From an uncultured Gammaproteobacteria bacterium (GTDB lineage Bacteria; Patescibacteriota; Microgenomatia; UBA1406; GWC2-37-13), in the NCBI GenBank assembly GCA_964458735.1, contig CAYWJV010000002.1, forward strand, positions 1 through 42,747: DNA of 42,747 nucleotides, in the 5' to 3' direction. Positions 18,929-29,100 of the stretch are shown piece by piece. Under the pieces are notes generated by a model, which did not search any database, was not told the origin of the DNA, and saw only the letters and a list, made by a program, of their open reading frames with translations. Positions within the stretch are counted from its first letter, which is position 1, and every line of letters starts with the position of its first letter. The translations under genes were made by a program, and so were the position numbers.

Positions 18929-19423
18929 ATGGATGATAAAACATCGGAAAAAGGTTCTGAAGTCTGTCCAAAATGCGGGTCGTCACTTGGTGAAGTTTTT
19001 GAGACGAAGTCCGGTAAAAAATTACAACGTTGTTCAAAAGGGAGCTGGAATCCAGAAACTCATACGATCGACGGCTGTATTTATGTAAAGTGGCTTGAGG
19101 TTGAGCCGATCACTCTTGACGAAAAATGTCCGAAGTGTGGAGCACCCTTACTTTCGGTAGTAACTAGATTTGGAAAGAAAATGAAGAAATGCTCAACGGC
19201 CACTTGGGATCCGGCAACAAAAACCGCCGGCGGATGTGATTATATTGAATGGGTAAAAGGAACCACTGAACAACTGGATGAAGATTGTCCGAAATGCCAA
19301 GCAAAATTAGTTCTTTTTACAACTGCCGCTGGAAAAAAACTAAAAAAATGTTCAACGGCCACCTGGGACGCTGCAACAAAGACAGCCGGGGGATGTGACT
19401 ATGTTGAGTGGTTAAGGTCATAA
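18929..19423 (+). CDS. Stand-alone protein of three topoisomerase-I-type C4 Zn-ribbon repeats
   Basis: 3x CPKC...CS...GC.Y..W; repeats 2 and 3 are 159 nt apart. Confidence 0.85.
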   Translation: MDDKTSEKGSEVCPKCGSSLGEVFETKSGKKLQRCSKGSWNPETHTIDGCIYVKWLEVEPITLDEKCPKCGAPLLSVVTRFGKKMKKCSTATWDPATKTAGGCDYIEWVKGTTEQLDEDCPKCQAKLVLFTTAAGKKLKKCSTATWDAATKTAGGCDYVEWLRS

Positions 19424-19432
19424 AAAGTCCAG

Positions 19433-19470
19433 TTGACAAAACTGCGTTAGTTGTACATAATGATGTACAA
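19433..19470 (+). promoter_or_regulatory. TA promoter TTGACA-N17-CATAAT with palindromic operator TTGTACAT-N4-ATGTACAA
   Basis: -35 at 19433-19438, -10 at 19456-19461, inverted repeat 19451-19470 overlaps the -10. Confidence 0.8.
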
Positions 19471-19481
19471 GGGTGATAATT

Positions 19482-19850
19482 ATGAAGGCAACTGATTTGT
19501 ATATTACCGCGACTGAGGCGAGGAATAATTTTTTTAATCTTTTAGCAAAGGTGAAAAAAAGTCCGTATCCGATTAATATTACTGTTAAGGGAATACCTGA
19601 AGCAGTAGTGATGAGTAAAGAAGAATATGACGGTTGGATGGCAACGATTGAAACCCTCTCTGATAAAGAAATGGTCGAATCAATTAAAGAATCTGATAAA
19701 AACTTTAAGGAAGGCAAATATCAAACTTTAGAAGAAGTAGAAAAAGAATTGAAGATTGGAAAATATCAATTATTATCCGATGTTAAAGGTAAATATGTAT
19801 CTGATCTTCCTCGAAAATCGGGCAAAAAAAGAATTAAAAAAGTTAGATAA
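19482..19850 (+). CDS. Phd/YefM-family antitoxin
   Basis: ITATEARNNFFNLL..V, PI.IT.KG.PEAVVMS.EEY....ETL. Confidence 0.92.
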   Translation: MKATDLYITATEARNNFFNLLAKVKKSPYPINITVKGIPEAVVMSKEEYDGWMATIETLSDKEMVESIKESDKNFKEGKYQTLEEVEKELKIGKYQLLSDVKGKYVSDLPRKSGKKRIKKVR

Positions 19851-20046
19851 AAGTTTCCAGGAAAAAGTACTCAAATATCTTCATTTATTGGAGATAAATC
19901 CGTTTTTAGGTGGGAAAATGCAAGGTGAGTTTCGAGGATTCTACAGAGTTAAGATACCCCCATTAAGAATTGTTTATTTTCCTGATTTAAAAAATAAAAT
20001 CATTCGAGTTCGAGCGATTGGTTTTAGAGGGGATATTTATAGATAA
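19795..20046 (+). CDS. RelE/ParE-family toxin
   Basis: AKKELKKL, NPFLG.KM.G...YRVKI..LRIVY, IGFRGDIY; ATG at 19795. Confidence 0.9.
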   Translation: MYLIFLENRAKKELKKLDKSFQEKVLKYLHLLEINPFLGGKMQGEFRGFYRVKIPPLRIVYFPDLKNKIIRVRAIGFRGDIYR

Positions 20047-20048
20047 AA

Positions 20049-20666
20049 ATGAAAATAATTAAATATTCTTTAGGCCAACTGCAGGCGAATTGTTATTTCT
20101 TAATTGATGACCAAAATTGTTTAATTATTGATCCGGCTGATGAAGCCTCATTTATTCTTGAAGAACTGCAAAGACAGCGGTTAAATTTAGTCGGCATGTT
20201 GGCGACTCATGGACACTTTGATCATATAGGCGCAGTGGGGGAGATTCAGTTATCTTTTAATGTTCCTCTATACATTCTTAAAGAAGATCAATTTTTAATT
20301 GATCGATTAAACGAAACAGCTAAATATTTTTTAGGATTTGATCCGAATTTTATTAAGCCAAAAAATATAAAATTTATTGAAGACAATTTTTCAATTACGA
20401 ATTACGGATTACGAATTATCAAAACTCCGGGACACACACCGGGCAGTTGCTGCCTATATTTTGAAAAAGAAAACGCACTTTTTACTGGAGATACTTTATT
20501 CAAAGAGGGGGTTGGTCGAACAGATTTGTCTTACAGCAATCAGGATGATTTGAAAAAATCCTTAGAAAAAATATTTAAACTTCCTGAAGAAACAATTATT
20601 TATTCAGGCCATGGAGAAGAGACATTGATTCAGGATGAAATCAATTCAAACCTTCAAGATTTTTAA
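20049..20666 (+). CDS. MBL-fold metallo-hydrolase (glyoxalase II/YcbL-like)
   Basis: THGHFDHIG, TPGHTPG, FTGDTLF, SGHG. Confidence 0.92.
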   Translation: MKIIKYSLGQLQANCYFLIDDQNCLIIDPADEASFILEELQRQRLNLVGMLATHGHFDHIGAVGEIQLSFNVPLYILKEDQFLIDRLNETAKYFLGFDPNFIKPKNIKFIEDNFSITNYGLRIIKTPGHTPGSCCLYFEKENALFTGDTLFKEGVGRTDLSYSNQDDLKKSLEKIFKLPEETIIYSGHGEETLIQDEINSNLQDF

Positions 20667-21969
20667 TAAGAATATCTTTTTCATTTTTTATTTTTCCTTC
20701 AACCACCTGATCAAAAAGTTTTTTCAAAATTTCACCGACTTTAGGTCCGGGTTTTAGTTTTAAAATTTCCATGACATTATTACCACTTATTTTTAAATCA
20801 GTAATTTTAAACGGTTGTTTTTGGACTTCAATCAATCTTTTTTTGAAAAGATCAAGACGCCAGGAAATTGGCGTTGCACCCGAGCCAATACGGTCAGCAG
20901 TTCGTAGATCCAACATATCCTGTAGATAGTCTTTTGTCACTCCTCGAATAAATCTTCGAACGGCTTTATCTGTTTGAGTCTCGGAAACGGTAAACTGATG
21001 TTCACCGACCAATGTCACTAGTTTGTCTTTTTGTTTGTTTGATAGTTTAAATCTATCAGCAATGATTTTTGCTTGTTTTTTACCGACGACTTCATGGTTG
21101 TAAAAAGTAATCAGTCCGGTTTTTTCATCTTTATGAAAAGTTTTTGTTTTGCCAATATCGTGAATTAAAGTGGCGAATCTGGTGATGGGATCTTTTGAAG
21201 GACAATGCTTAAGAGCCATTACCAAATGAGTGCCTACGTCGTAGATATGATGGCGTTTGGGACTTTTTTGAGGTATTGTAAAGCAGACATCAACCTCCGG
21301 TAAAATATATGAAAGAAGACCGGTACTTTTCAGGAAAAGAATTCCTTCAGCTGGATGGTCGCTCTCTAAAATTTTTAAAAACTCATCCCTGATTCTTTCA
21401 GCGGAAATTTTTGTAATTAAAGAAGCGTTTTTTTGAATTGAGTTTCTGGTCTTGCCTTCAATGAGAAATCCCAATTGAGAAGTAAAGCGAACCGCCCGAA
21501 GTAGTCGAAGAGCATCTTCATTAAAACGAATGTCGGGGTTCCCAACGGTTTTAATTAATTTATTAGATAGATCTTTTTGTCCAAAATATGGATCTACTAT
21601 ATTTTTTCCATCATAAGCGATAGCGTTAATAGTAAAGTCTCTTCGAGATAAGTCTTCCTCAATAGTTTTGGCCCATTCGATTTTTTCCGGGTGACGTAGA
21701 TCAGAATAACCAGATTCTTTTCTGAAAGGGGTGATTTCAAAAATGATTTTGTCTTTTGGAATACTCACTGTTCCATAGATATTATTATAAAAACCATTGG
21801 GAAACATATTAAGAATCTGTTCAGGTATTGCATTGGTTGTAAAATCCCAATTATCAACAACTTTGTTTAAAAGAGCATCTCGAACAGCTCCGCCAACGAC
21901 GAAGATCTGATATTTGTTTTTACTAAAAACATTCATTAAGTCGATAACTTCTTTAGGTAGTTTAATCAT
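20641..21969 (-). CDS. cca: CCA tRNA nucleotidyltransferase / poly(A) polymerase family with HD domain
   Basis: VGGAVRD, DLSRRDFTINA, EDALRLLRAVRF, SAERIRDE, HDIGK. Confidence 0.9.
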   Translation of the reverse strand: MIKLPKEVIDLMNVFSKNKYQIFVVGGAVRDALLNKVVDNWDFTTNAIPEQILNMFPNGFYNNIYGTVSIPKDKIIFEITPFRKESGYSDLRHPEKIEWAKTIEEDLSRRDFTINAIAYDGKNIVDPYFGQKDLSNKLIKTVGNPDIRFNEDALRLLRAVRFTSQLGFLIEGKTRNSIQKNASLITKISAERIRDEFLKILESDHPAEGILFLKSTGLLSYILPEVDVCFTIPQKSPKRHHIYDVGTHLVMALKHCPSKDPITRFATLIHDIGKTKTFHKDEKTGLITFYNHEVVGKKQAKIIADRFKLSNKQKDKLVTLVGEHQFTVSETQTDKAVRRFIRGVTKDYLQDMLDLRTADRIGSGATPISWRLDLFKKRLIEVQKQPFKITDLKISGNNVMEILKLKPGPKVGEILKKLFDQVVEGKIKNEKDILIKNLEGLN

Positions 21970-21976
21970 GCTGAAA

Positions 21977-22831
21977 TTATATATCAATCATGGACTTTAA
22001 AATATCGAGATTTTTTTTGTCAGGTCCATTATTGTCAAAGCCCGGAGTCTCGATGATAAAAGGATAGCTTTTTGTTTTTGGATGATTAAGAAGGGTTCTA
22101 AATTCGTCAAGTCCAATCATTCCTTGGCTGATATTTCCATGACGGTCATGGCCGGAGTTAAATTCATCACGGCTATCATTGACATGCCAAAGTTCAAGAA
22201 TATTATTTATTTCGAGTTTAACGAGTTTAGCGAGAAATAAATCAAGTTCGTTATTGTTATCAAATTTATAACCGTTAGAGAACAGATGGCAAGTATCAAA
22301 ACAAATTCTTACTCGGGAATTATTAACGTCTTTGACTATTTGGGCAATCTCCTCAAGAGTCTGACCAATTTTTCTGTTCCCGGCATTTTCTATAATAAAC
22401 AATGACTCCTCGGGTGTTTTATCCAAAATTTCTTTGATGTTATTTATTAGTACTTTATATTTATTATCTTGTGGACGGCCGTCGTTAAGATAATTTTTGA
22501 AAGATCCAAGGTGGATTATTGAGCCTTTAATGCCGAGTTTTGGAGCCAAGTTTAATTCGCTTATCAAAGACATTTTAGACATATAGCCTATTCGACTGTC
22601 ATCTGCAAGGTTAATCAAATAGGTAGCGTGAAAATAAATAGGGTCGATATTTAATTGAAACTTAAGATTGAGAAATTGGGAAATTTGTTGTTCATCCACT
22701 TTAGCAAAGTTCCAACCGCGGGGAGAAGAAGAGAAAATCTGCAAACAATTGCCGCCAATATTTTTTATTCTTTCTAAAGCCTGTGTATATCCGCCGGAAA
22801 TTGATTGATGTGCGCCTAACTTTAAGTTCAT
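21977..22831 (-). CDS. nfo: Endonuclease IV
   Basis: GAHQSISGG, HATYLINL, HLGS, IENAG, CFDTCHLF, HVNDS, DRHGNI, IIETP. Confidence 0.95.
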   Translation of the reverse strand: MNLKLGAHQSISGGYTQALERIKNIGGNCLQIFSSSPRGWNFAKVDEQQISQFLNLKFQLNIDPIYFHATYLINLADDSRIGYMSKMSLISELNLAPKLGIKGSIIHLGSFKNYLNDGRPQDNKYKVLINNIKEILDKTPEESLFIIENAGNRKIGQTLEEIAQIVKDVNNSRVRICFDTCHLFSNGYKFDNNNELDLFLAKLVKLEINNILELWHVNDSRDEFNSGHDRHGNISQGMIGLDEFRTLLNHPKTKSYPFIIETPGFDNNGPDKKNLDILKSMIDI

Positions 22832-22864
22832 AGTTTAGATTATTATACATTGTTTAAAATCCCC

Positions 22865-22899
22865 TTGACACGTTAGCAGACATAATGTATATTTGCTAA
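22865..22899 (+). promoter_or_regulatory. Promoter TTGACA-N17-TATATT overlapped by a CIRCE-like operator
   Basis: TTAGCAGAC-N9-ATTTGCTAA at 22873-22899 versus the CIRCE consensus TTAGCACTC-N9-GAGTGCTAA; upstream of hrcA. Confidence 0.85.
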
Positions 22900-22956
22900 T
22901 ATCCGTCTCCGTTCTATAAAAAGTTATGAAGTTAAATAGAGCTACGACGAGACAAT

Positions 22957-23697
22957 GTGGAAGATTTAACTCAAAGACAGATTGATATTTTGAAAGTCAT
23001 TATTAAAGAATATACGGAAACCGGTACGGCAGTTGGAAGCGAGATTTTGGAAAAGAAATATAAATTAGGTGTTTCACCGGCAACGATTAGGAATGAGATG
23101 GTTGAGTTGGCAAAAAAAGATTATCTGAAAAAAACCCATTTTTCTTCCGGCCGGATTCCTTCCGCCCGCGGTTTTAGATTTTATATTAAGCATTTGATGA
23201 AGCAAAAAGAAATGTCAACCACCGACGAGGTTTCTTACAAAAATAGCATTTGGGATGAAAGAAAAGAAGCTCATCGATTATTATCTCAAGCCACTAAAGT
23301 TTTATCACAAAAAACCGGACTGCTTTCTTTAATAACGACTAATCATGGCGATATATATTATGCCGGTATGGCCAATCTTTTAAATCAGCCGGAATTTCTC
23401 GATATTAATCTATCACGGACTTTATTTGGCAGGTTAGACGAAATTACTTTTTGGGAAAAAATATTAAACGACATGTTTGCTTTAGAAGACGAGATGTACT
23501 ATATGTTGGGAGAAGAAGATTTTCATGATCCAATTTTTGATTGTTGTGCCAGTATTTTTGGCGAGTTTGAAAGTAGTAAAATTAAAGGGATTATTGGTGT
23601 GATTGGTCCGAAAAGGATGTCTTATGACGCTATCATTCCTCAGATAAAGTATTTTTCCGGACTATTGGGGGAAATTGTGAAGGAACAAGCATTATAA
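22957..23697 (+). CDS. hrcA: Heat-inducible transcription repressor HrcA (short form)
   Basis: LTQRQ..IL, VGS, SPATIRNEM, HFSSGRIPS, GVIGPKRMSY. Confidence 0.92.
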   Translation: MEDLTQRQIDILKVIIKEYTETGTAVGSEILEKKYKLGVSPATIRNEMVELAKKDYLKKTHFSSGRIPSARGFRFYIKHLMKQKEMSTTDEVSYKNSIWDERKEAHRLLSQATKVLSQKTGLLSLITTNHGDIYYAGMANLLNQPEFLDINLSRTLFGRLDEITFWEKILNDMFALEDEMYYMLGEEDFHDPIFDCCASIFGEFESSKIKGIIGVIGPKRMSYDAIIPQIKYFSGLLGEIVKEQAL

Positions 23698-23706
23698 TCA
23701 AAGATT

Positions 23707-24183
23707 ATGGACCAAACTAAAACTAAGAAACCAATAATTGATAAATTTACACAAGAAATAGAAAGTTTAAAGCAACAAGTTGAAGAATTTAAAAATAAAT
23801 ATTTGCGGGCCTTGGCTGATTATCAGAATCTGGAAAAAAGAGTCAATGACGAAAGATTTGAACTAATAAAGATGGCTAATAAAAATCTTTTAATTAAGAT
23901 TTTGCCATTTTTAGACAATTTAGAAAAAGCGGAAATATTTGTTAAAGATAAAGGATTAAAAATATCAAAGGAGCATTTTTTACAGATACTAAAAGAGGTA
24001 GGATTGGAAGAAATTAATTTGCTGAATAAAGATTTTGATCCTAATTTAGCCGAGGCGATTGATATTGTTCCCGGTATTAAAGACAACAAAGTTGTTGAAA
24101 TTTTAAGAAAAGGATATATGTATGAAGGTAAAATAATTAGAGTAGTTCAGGTTAAAGTATCAAAAATTATAAATTTAAAATAA
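23707..24183 (+). CDS. grpE: Nucleotide exchange factor GrpE
   Basis: YLRALADYQNLEKR, FDPNLAEAI, KGY...IIR..VKV. Confidence 0.95.
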   Translation: MDQTKTKKPIIDKFTQEIESLKQQVEEFKNKYLRALADYQNLEKRVNDERFELIKMANKNLLIKILPFLDNLEKAEIFVKDKGLKISKEHFLQILKEVGLEEINLLNKDFDPNLAEAIDIVPGIKDNKVVEILRKGYMYEGKIIRVVQVKVSKIINLK

Positions 24184-24192
24184 TAAAATACT

Positions 24193-26073
24193 ATGGCTAA
24201 AATAATCGGGATTGATTTAGGGACAACTAATTCATGTGTGGCGGTGATGGAGGGTGGAAAACCAAAAGTTATCTTTTCTCAAGAAGGAAGAAATGTCATT
24301 CCATCGGTCGTTGATCCGGTCAAACGGATTGTTGGCGACGTGGCTAAAAGACAGATGGTCGTTAATCCAAAAAATACGATTTTTTCGATAAAAAGATTGA
24401 TGGGTAGAAGATTCAGTGATGAATCAGTTAAATTTGACGCTAAATGGTTGCCATATAAAATCAAAGCCGGTCGCGATGAAATGGCTGATGTTGAAATTGA
24501 GGGCAAAACATACACTCCCCAAGAGATTTCCGCGATGATTTTACAGAAAATTAAAACCGATGCGGAAGCTCATTTAGGTGAAAAAGTCGAAAAAGCCGTT
24601 ATTACGGTTCCAGCTTATTTTGACGATGCTCAGCGTCAGGCAACTAAGCAAGCCGGTGAAATTGCCGGATTAGAAGTGATCAGAATTATCAATGAACCGA
24701 CGGCAGCGGCTTTGGCATACGGTTTAGACAAAAAACATACACATACCATTGCCGTTTATGATTTGGGAGGCGGCACTTTTGATATCAGTGTTTTGGAATT
24801 AGGCTCGGAATCAGGTGAAAGCGTTTTCCAGGTTAAAGCGACCAATGGCGATACCCATCTGGGAGGCGATGATTTTGATAAGGTAATTCTTGATTATCTG
24901 GCTGAAGAATTCAAAAAGGATAACGGAGTTGATCTAAGAAAAGATTCACAAGCTTTGCAACGGTTACGTGATGCGGCGGAAAAAGCCAAAATAGAACTGT
25001 CATCATCTGTGCAGGCGGAAATCAATCTGCCGTTTGTCACCGTTAAAGACGGCCAGCCACAGCATTTAGTGATGAAATTGACCCGGGCCAAATTAGAATC
25101 GCTGGTTGGCGAATTGGTTGACAAAACATTCCAGCCGGTTAAAGCTTGTCTCAAAGACGCCAAGATTGACATTAAAAAAATTAATGAAGTGGTTCTGGTC
25201 GGAGGAATGACAAGGATGCCGATGGTAATCGAAAAGGTTAAAGAATTTTTCGGGAAAGAACCAAACCGATCGGTCAACCCGGACGAAGTTGTTGCCTTGG
25301 GCGCGGCCATTCAAGGCGGCGTCTTAACGGGCGAAACCAAGGATATTTTATTGCTTGACGTTACTCCGTTGACACTTGGAGTAGAGACTCTTGGCGGTGT
25401 GATGACGCCGTTAATACAGAAGAATACCACTATCCCCAATTCAAAAGCAGAGACATTTTCGACAGCCGGAGACAATCAAACCCAGGTTGAAATACACGTT
25501 GTTCAAGGAGAGCGACCGATGGCCAGGGATAATAAATCGCTTGGAAGTTTTACTCTGGACGGAATTCCACCAGCTCCGCGCGGAGTGCCTCAAATTGAAG
25601 TTTCTTTTGATCTTGACAACAATGGCATCCTGACGGTAACGGCAAAAGACAAAGCCACCGGAAAATCCCAAGCGATCAAAATCACCGGATCAACCGGTTT
25701 AACAAAAGACGAAATTGAAAAGATGAGGGAAGAAGCGGAAAAAAACGCAGACAAAGATAAGGAAGAAAAAGAAAAGATTGAAGTCAGAAACAAAGCTGAT
25801 AACATGATCTATGTATCGGAAAAGTCTTTGCGGGATGCCGGAGACAAAGTCGACAAGACTGTCAAAGAAAATGTTGAGAAAAAGATTAAAGAGTTAAAAG
25901 AAAAGATCGAAAAAGGGACAAAAGATGAAATAGAATCAAAAACAAAAGATCTTTCCGACGAACTGTCCAAAATTGGTCAAGCGATGTATGGTAAAGCTCA
26001 GGAACAACCAAAAGAAGAGGATAAAAAGGAAGAGAAAAGTAAGAAAGTGGAAGAAGGAGAAGTTGTAAATTAA
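24193..26073 (+). CDS. dnaK: Chaperone DnaK
   Basis: [30 protein letters not shown]. Confidence 0.99.
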   Translation: MAKIIGIDLGTTNSCVAVMEGGKPKVIFSQEGRNVIPSVVDPVKRIVGDVAKRQMVVNPKNTIFSIKRLMGRRFSDESVKFDAKWLPYKIKAGRDEMADVEIEGKTYTPQEISAMILQKIKTDAEAHLGEKVEKAVITVPAYFDDAQRQATKQAGEIAGLEVIRIINEPTAAALAYGLDKKHTHTIAVYDLGGGTFDISVLELGSESGESVFQVKATNGDTHLGGDDFDKVILDYLAEEFKKDNGVDLRKDSQALQRLRDAAEKAKIELSSSVQAEINLPFVTVKDGQPQHLVMKLTRAKLESLVGELVDKTFQPVKACLKDAKIDIKKINEVVLVGGMTRMPMVIEKVKEFFGKEPNRSVNPDEVVALGAAIQGGVLTGETKDILLLDVTPLTLGVETLGGVMTPLIQKNTTIPNSKAETFSTAGDNQTQVEIHVVQGERPMARDNKSLGSFTLDGIPPAPRGVPQIEVSFDLDNNGILTVTAKDKATGKSQAIKITGSTGLTKDEIEKMREEAEKNADKDKEEKEKIEVRNKADNMIYVSEKSLRDAGDKVDKTVKENVEKKIKELKEKIEKGTKDEIESKTKDLSDELSKIGQAMYGKAQEQPKEEDKKEEKSKKVEEGEVVN

Positions 26074-26077
26074 AAAT

Positions 26078-26935
26078 ATGTCTGATTACTATGAAACACT
26101 CGGTGTTTCTAAAGGCGCCAGTGATGCGGAAATAAAAACTGCCTATCGTAAACAGGCTCTTAAATGGCATCCGGATAGAAATAAATCAACTGATGCGACT
26201 GGTAAATTTAAAGAAGTTACTAAGGCTTACGAAATCCTTTCTGACTCGAAAAAGAAAGAGATGTATGATCAATATGGAGAAAGCGCTTTCAATCGAGGCG
26301 GGCCAAGTAATCAATATTCACAGCAAGGTCCGTTTAATGTCTATAGCGATTTTGGCGGAGCTGGGTCACCATTTGAAAATGCCGACTTTGGCGGATTTTC
26401 CGATCCTTTTGAAATTTTTGAACAATTTTTTGGTTTTCAGTCGCCGTTTTCTCGAAGCGGGAGAAGACAACATCGACGTGATGTATATGAAATTACACTG
26501 ACTTTTGAAGAGGCCGTCAACGGCGTCAAAAAAACCATGATTGTCAAAGGTGAAGAAAAATCCTTTCAAATTCCGGCCGGAGTTGATGATAAAATGACGA
26601 TTCGGTTCTCTGATTTTGATTTACAGGTAAGAGTCAAATCGCATCCGTACTTTACCAGGAAGGGTCAGGACATATATTTTGAAAAAGACATTTCTTATTC
26701 TTTGGCGGTTCTTGGAGGAGTAGTCGAAGTGCCGACGGTTAGCGGCACAATAAAATTAAAAATAAGATCAGGAACACAGTCGGGGACGACCGTCAAACTT
26801 CATGACCAGGGTGTTCCATATCCACAGTCAAACCGCAAAGGCGATCAATACGTTATTTATAAAATCAATACACCATCAAGAGTTTCTTCGAGAGCAAAAG
26901 AATTGTTAAAGGAATTAGAGGAAGAGATGGAATGA
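26078..26935 (+). CDS. dnaJ: J-domain chaperone (DnaJ class B, no Zn finger)
   Basis: HPD motif, G/F region, C-terminal domain; no CxxCxGxG repeats. Confidence 0.9.
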   Translation: MSDYYETLGVSKGASDAEIKTAYRKQALKWHPDRNKSTDATGKFKEVTKAYEILSDSKKKEMYDQYGESAFNRGGPSNQYSQQGPFNVYSDFGGAGSPFENADFGGFSDPFEIFEQFFGFQSPFSRSGRRQHRRDVYEITLTFEEAVNGVKKTMIVKGEEKSFQIPAGVDDKMTIRFSDFDLQVRVKSHPYFTRKGQDIYFEKDISYSLAVLGGVVEVPTVSGTIKLKIRSGTQSGTTVKLHDQGVPYPQSNRKGDQYVIYKINTPSRVSSRAKELLKELEEEME

Positions 26936-27909
26936 AGATACAAACCAATGTTAATAATCTAAAAAACTACAGGATTTATTTACAGGTAGAAAAAGCCGTC
27001 AATGAATTTTTGGAAAAAAATAATTATTTAAAAGTTGAACTGCCGGTGTTGTCTCCAGCTTTAATTCCTGAATCCTATTTGAAAGTTTTTGAAACGGAAT
27101 TTAAGTATTTTGAAAAAAAAGAAAAACTTTATTTGACGCCGTCGCCGGAACTTTTTTTAAAACGTTTACTAGCATATGGGGTTGGTGACTGTTATTATCT
27201 GGGAAAATCTTTTAGAAACAGTGATCTGCCCTCTTCTCTTCATTTTTTTGAATTTATGATGCTTGAATTTTATAAAATGGGAGCAGGGTATATGGAGATC
27301 GCGGATGTAGTGTTAGAAATACTAAGGTTTATTGCAGATAAAATCCGAAATAATAAAATAATTTATCAAGGCAAAAATATTTCATTGGAAAAATGGGAAA
27401 AGATTTCCATAGCAGAAGCTTTTGAAAAATATGCTGATATTTCTGAAAAAGAGTTATTTGATTATAAATTATTTACAAAAAAAACTAAAGAAAAGGGTTA
27501 CCTGACGAAAAACTTTGTTTATGAAGATCTTTGGTCACAGATCTATTCTCAAGAAATTGAGCCAAATTTGGGAAAAAACGGTTACCCGACTTTAATTTAT
27601 GACTATCCAAAAGAATTTGCCGCTCTGGCTAAATTAAATAAAGACGGTCGAACAACTCAACGTTTTGAATTCTATATCAATGGGGTTGAACTGGGTGATT
27701 GCTATACGGAGTTGACCGATTGGAAAGAGCAAGAATTAAGATTTAAAAAAGAAAGCAGGGTTATTCATCCGATTGACAAAGGTTATATTGAAGTATTAAA
27801 ATATGGTCTTCATGATTGTTCAGGAATTGCAATAGGCCTTGAAAGATTGGGGATGATTTTTGCGGACGCAACTTCAATAGAGGATCTAAAATTAATTACA
27901 ATTATATGA
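26932..27909 (+). CDS. epmA: EF-P lysine ligase EpmA/GenX-like (LysRS catalytic-domain paralog)
   Basis: [45 protein letters not shown]; no anticodon domain; next to efp. Confidence 0.85.
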   Translation: MKIQTNVNNLKNYRIYLQVEKAVNEFLEKNNYLKVELPVLSPALIPESYLKVFETEFKYFEKKEKLYLTPSPELFLKRLLAYGVGDCYYLGKSFRNSDLPSSLHFFEFMMLEFYKMGAGYMEIADVVLEILRFIADKIRNNKIIYQGKNISLEKWEKISIAEAFEKYADISEKELFDYKLFTKKTKEKGYLTKNFVYEDLWSQIYSQEIEPNLGKNGYPTLIYDYPKEFAALAKLNKDGRTTQRFEFYINGVELGDCYTELTDWKEQELRFKKESRVIHPIDKGYIEVLKYGLHDCSGIAIGLERLGMIFADATSIEDLKLITII

Positions 27910-28466
27910 GAATTAATGCCGGTAATCTAAAAAAAAGTGAGTTTGTTTTTTTTCAGGGGGAAATCTGTCAGGTTCAGAAAGCTGATTTTTATTCACCGGG
28001 TAAAGGATCGGCTTTAATGAAGGCGAGATTAAAGAATCTGATATCAGCCAAAAATGTTGAATATGCTTATAAATCCAACGAGCAGGTAGAAGTATTGGAT
28101 GTCACTTCAGTCGAGATGCAGTATCTATATAAAGATAACGAGAATTTATATTTTATGGATGAAAGAACCTATAATCAGTTTACGTTACCTATTTCCGTCG
28201 CTGGTGAAGTATCAAAATTTTTTAAAGAAGGAGAGAAAATGTTCGTTTATATGTATAACGATAAGCCTTTAACAATTCGTCCGCCGATGAGTGTCAAACT
28301 TAAAATAATTGAGGCGGATGATGCGGCTAAAGGCGATACTGTTTCCGGAGCTAAAAAACCTGTTAAGGTCGAAACGGGAGCAATAGTAATGGTTCCAATA
28401 TTTGTAAAAATCGGTGAAACGATCAGCGTCAATCCGGAAACAGGTGAATATACAGGAAGAGTATAA
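27906..28466 (+). CDS. efp: Elongation factor P
   Basis: PGKG loop, MQYLY, KGDT, ETG...VP.F. Confidence 0.96.
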   Translation: MRINAGNLKKSEFVFFQGEICQVQKADFYSPGKGSALMKARLKNLISAKNVEYAYKSNEQVEVLDVTSVEMQYLYKDNENLYFMDERTYNQFTLPISVAGEVSKFFKEGEKMFVYMYNDKPLTIRPPMSVKLKIIEADDAAKGDTVSGAKKPVKVETGAIVMVPIFVKIGETISVNPETGEYTGRV

Positions 28467-28473
28467 TAAATTT

Positions 28474-29100
28474 ATGTTATCCGTCGGCACTATTCTTAAA
28501 AAAGAAAGGGAAAAAAAAGGCTTACTTCTTATTGATATTGAAAAGCAAATTAAAGTTAGAGAAAAATACTTAAAAGCGATTGAAGAAGAAGACTGGAATT
28601 TTTTTTCTTCAAAAATTTACATAACAGGAATTCTTAAGAACTATTCTCGTGTTTTAAACCTTGATCATAAAAACATTCTGGCTTTTTTTCGCCGGGATTA
28701 TGAAAAAAAGGAAGAGGTTAAATTTAAAAGAAAAGTATCGAGCGATTCTTTAACTTCAGAGACAAAGAAATTATTGAAATTCGGTTTGATTATTTTGATT
28801 TTATTTTTTATTAGCTATTTTATCTATCAACTAAAAATATATTTTTCTCCACCCGGTTTTACTCTTTTGAACCCAAAGGTAAAAAACTTTACCATAGAAA
28901 AAAGCGTTAAGATTTCTGGAAAAACTGATCGGGATACGGCGATTGTTATTGCGGGGGAGCGAATCTATCAAAATAAAGAGGGAATATTTACTTATGATTA
29001 TTCACTTAACGAAGGCGAGAATAAGCTAATAATAAATTTAACCGGAGCCAATGGAAAAAAAACTATGGTGGAAAAAACTTTCTTTAAGAAGACCCCATGA
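28474..29100 (+). CDS. RodZ-like HTH membrane protein with a C-terminal Ig-like domain
   Basis: VG..LKKER, YLKAIEE, G.LKNYS..L.LD, one TM, LNEGEN. Confidence 0.8.
   Translation: MLSVGTILKKEREKKGLLLIDIEKQIKVREKYLKAIEEEDWNFFSSKIYITGILKNYSRVLNLDHKNILAFFRRDYEKKEEVKFKRKVSSDSLTSETKKLLKFGLIILILFFISYFIYQLKIYFSPPGFTLLNPKVKNFTIEKSVKISGKTDRDTAIVIAGERIYQNKEGIFTYDYSLNEGENKLIINLTGANGKKTMVEKTFFKKTP

Noticed and set aside
24894-25805. Several minus-strand ORFs within dnaK, and similar shadows in recJ, secD and radA
   Set aside because: Antisense ORFs of conserved genes
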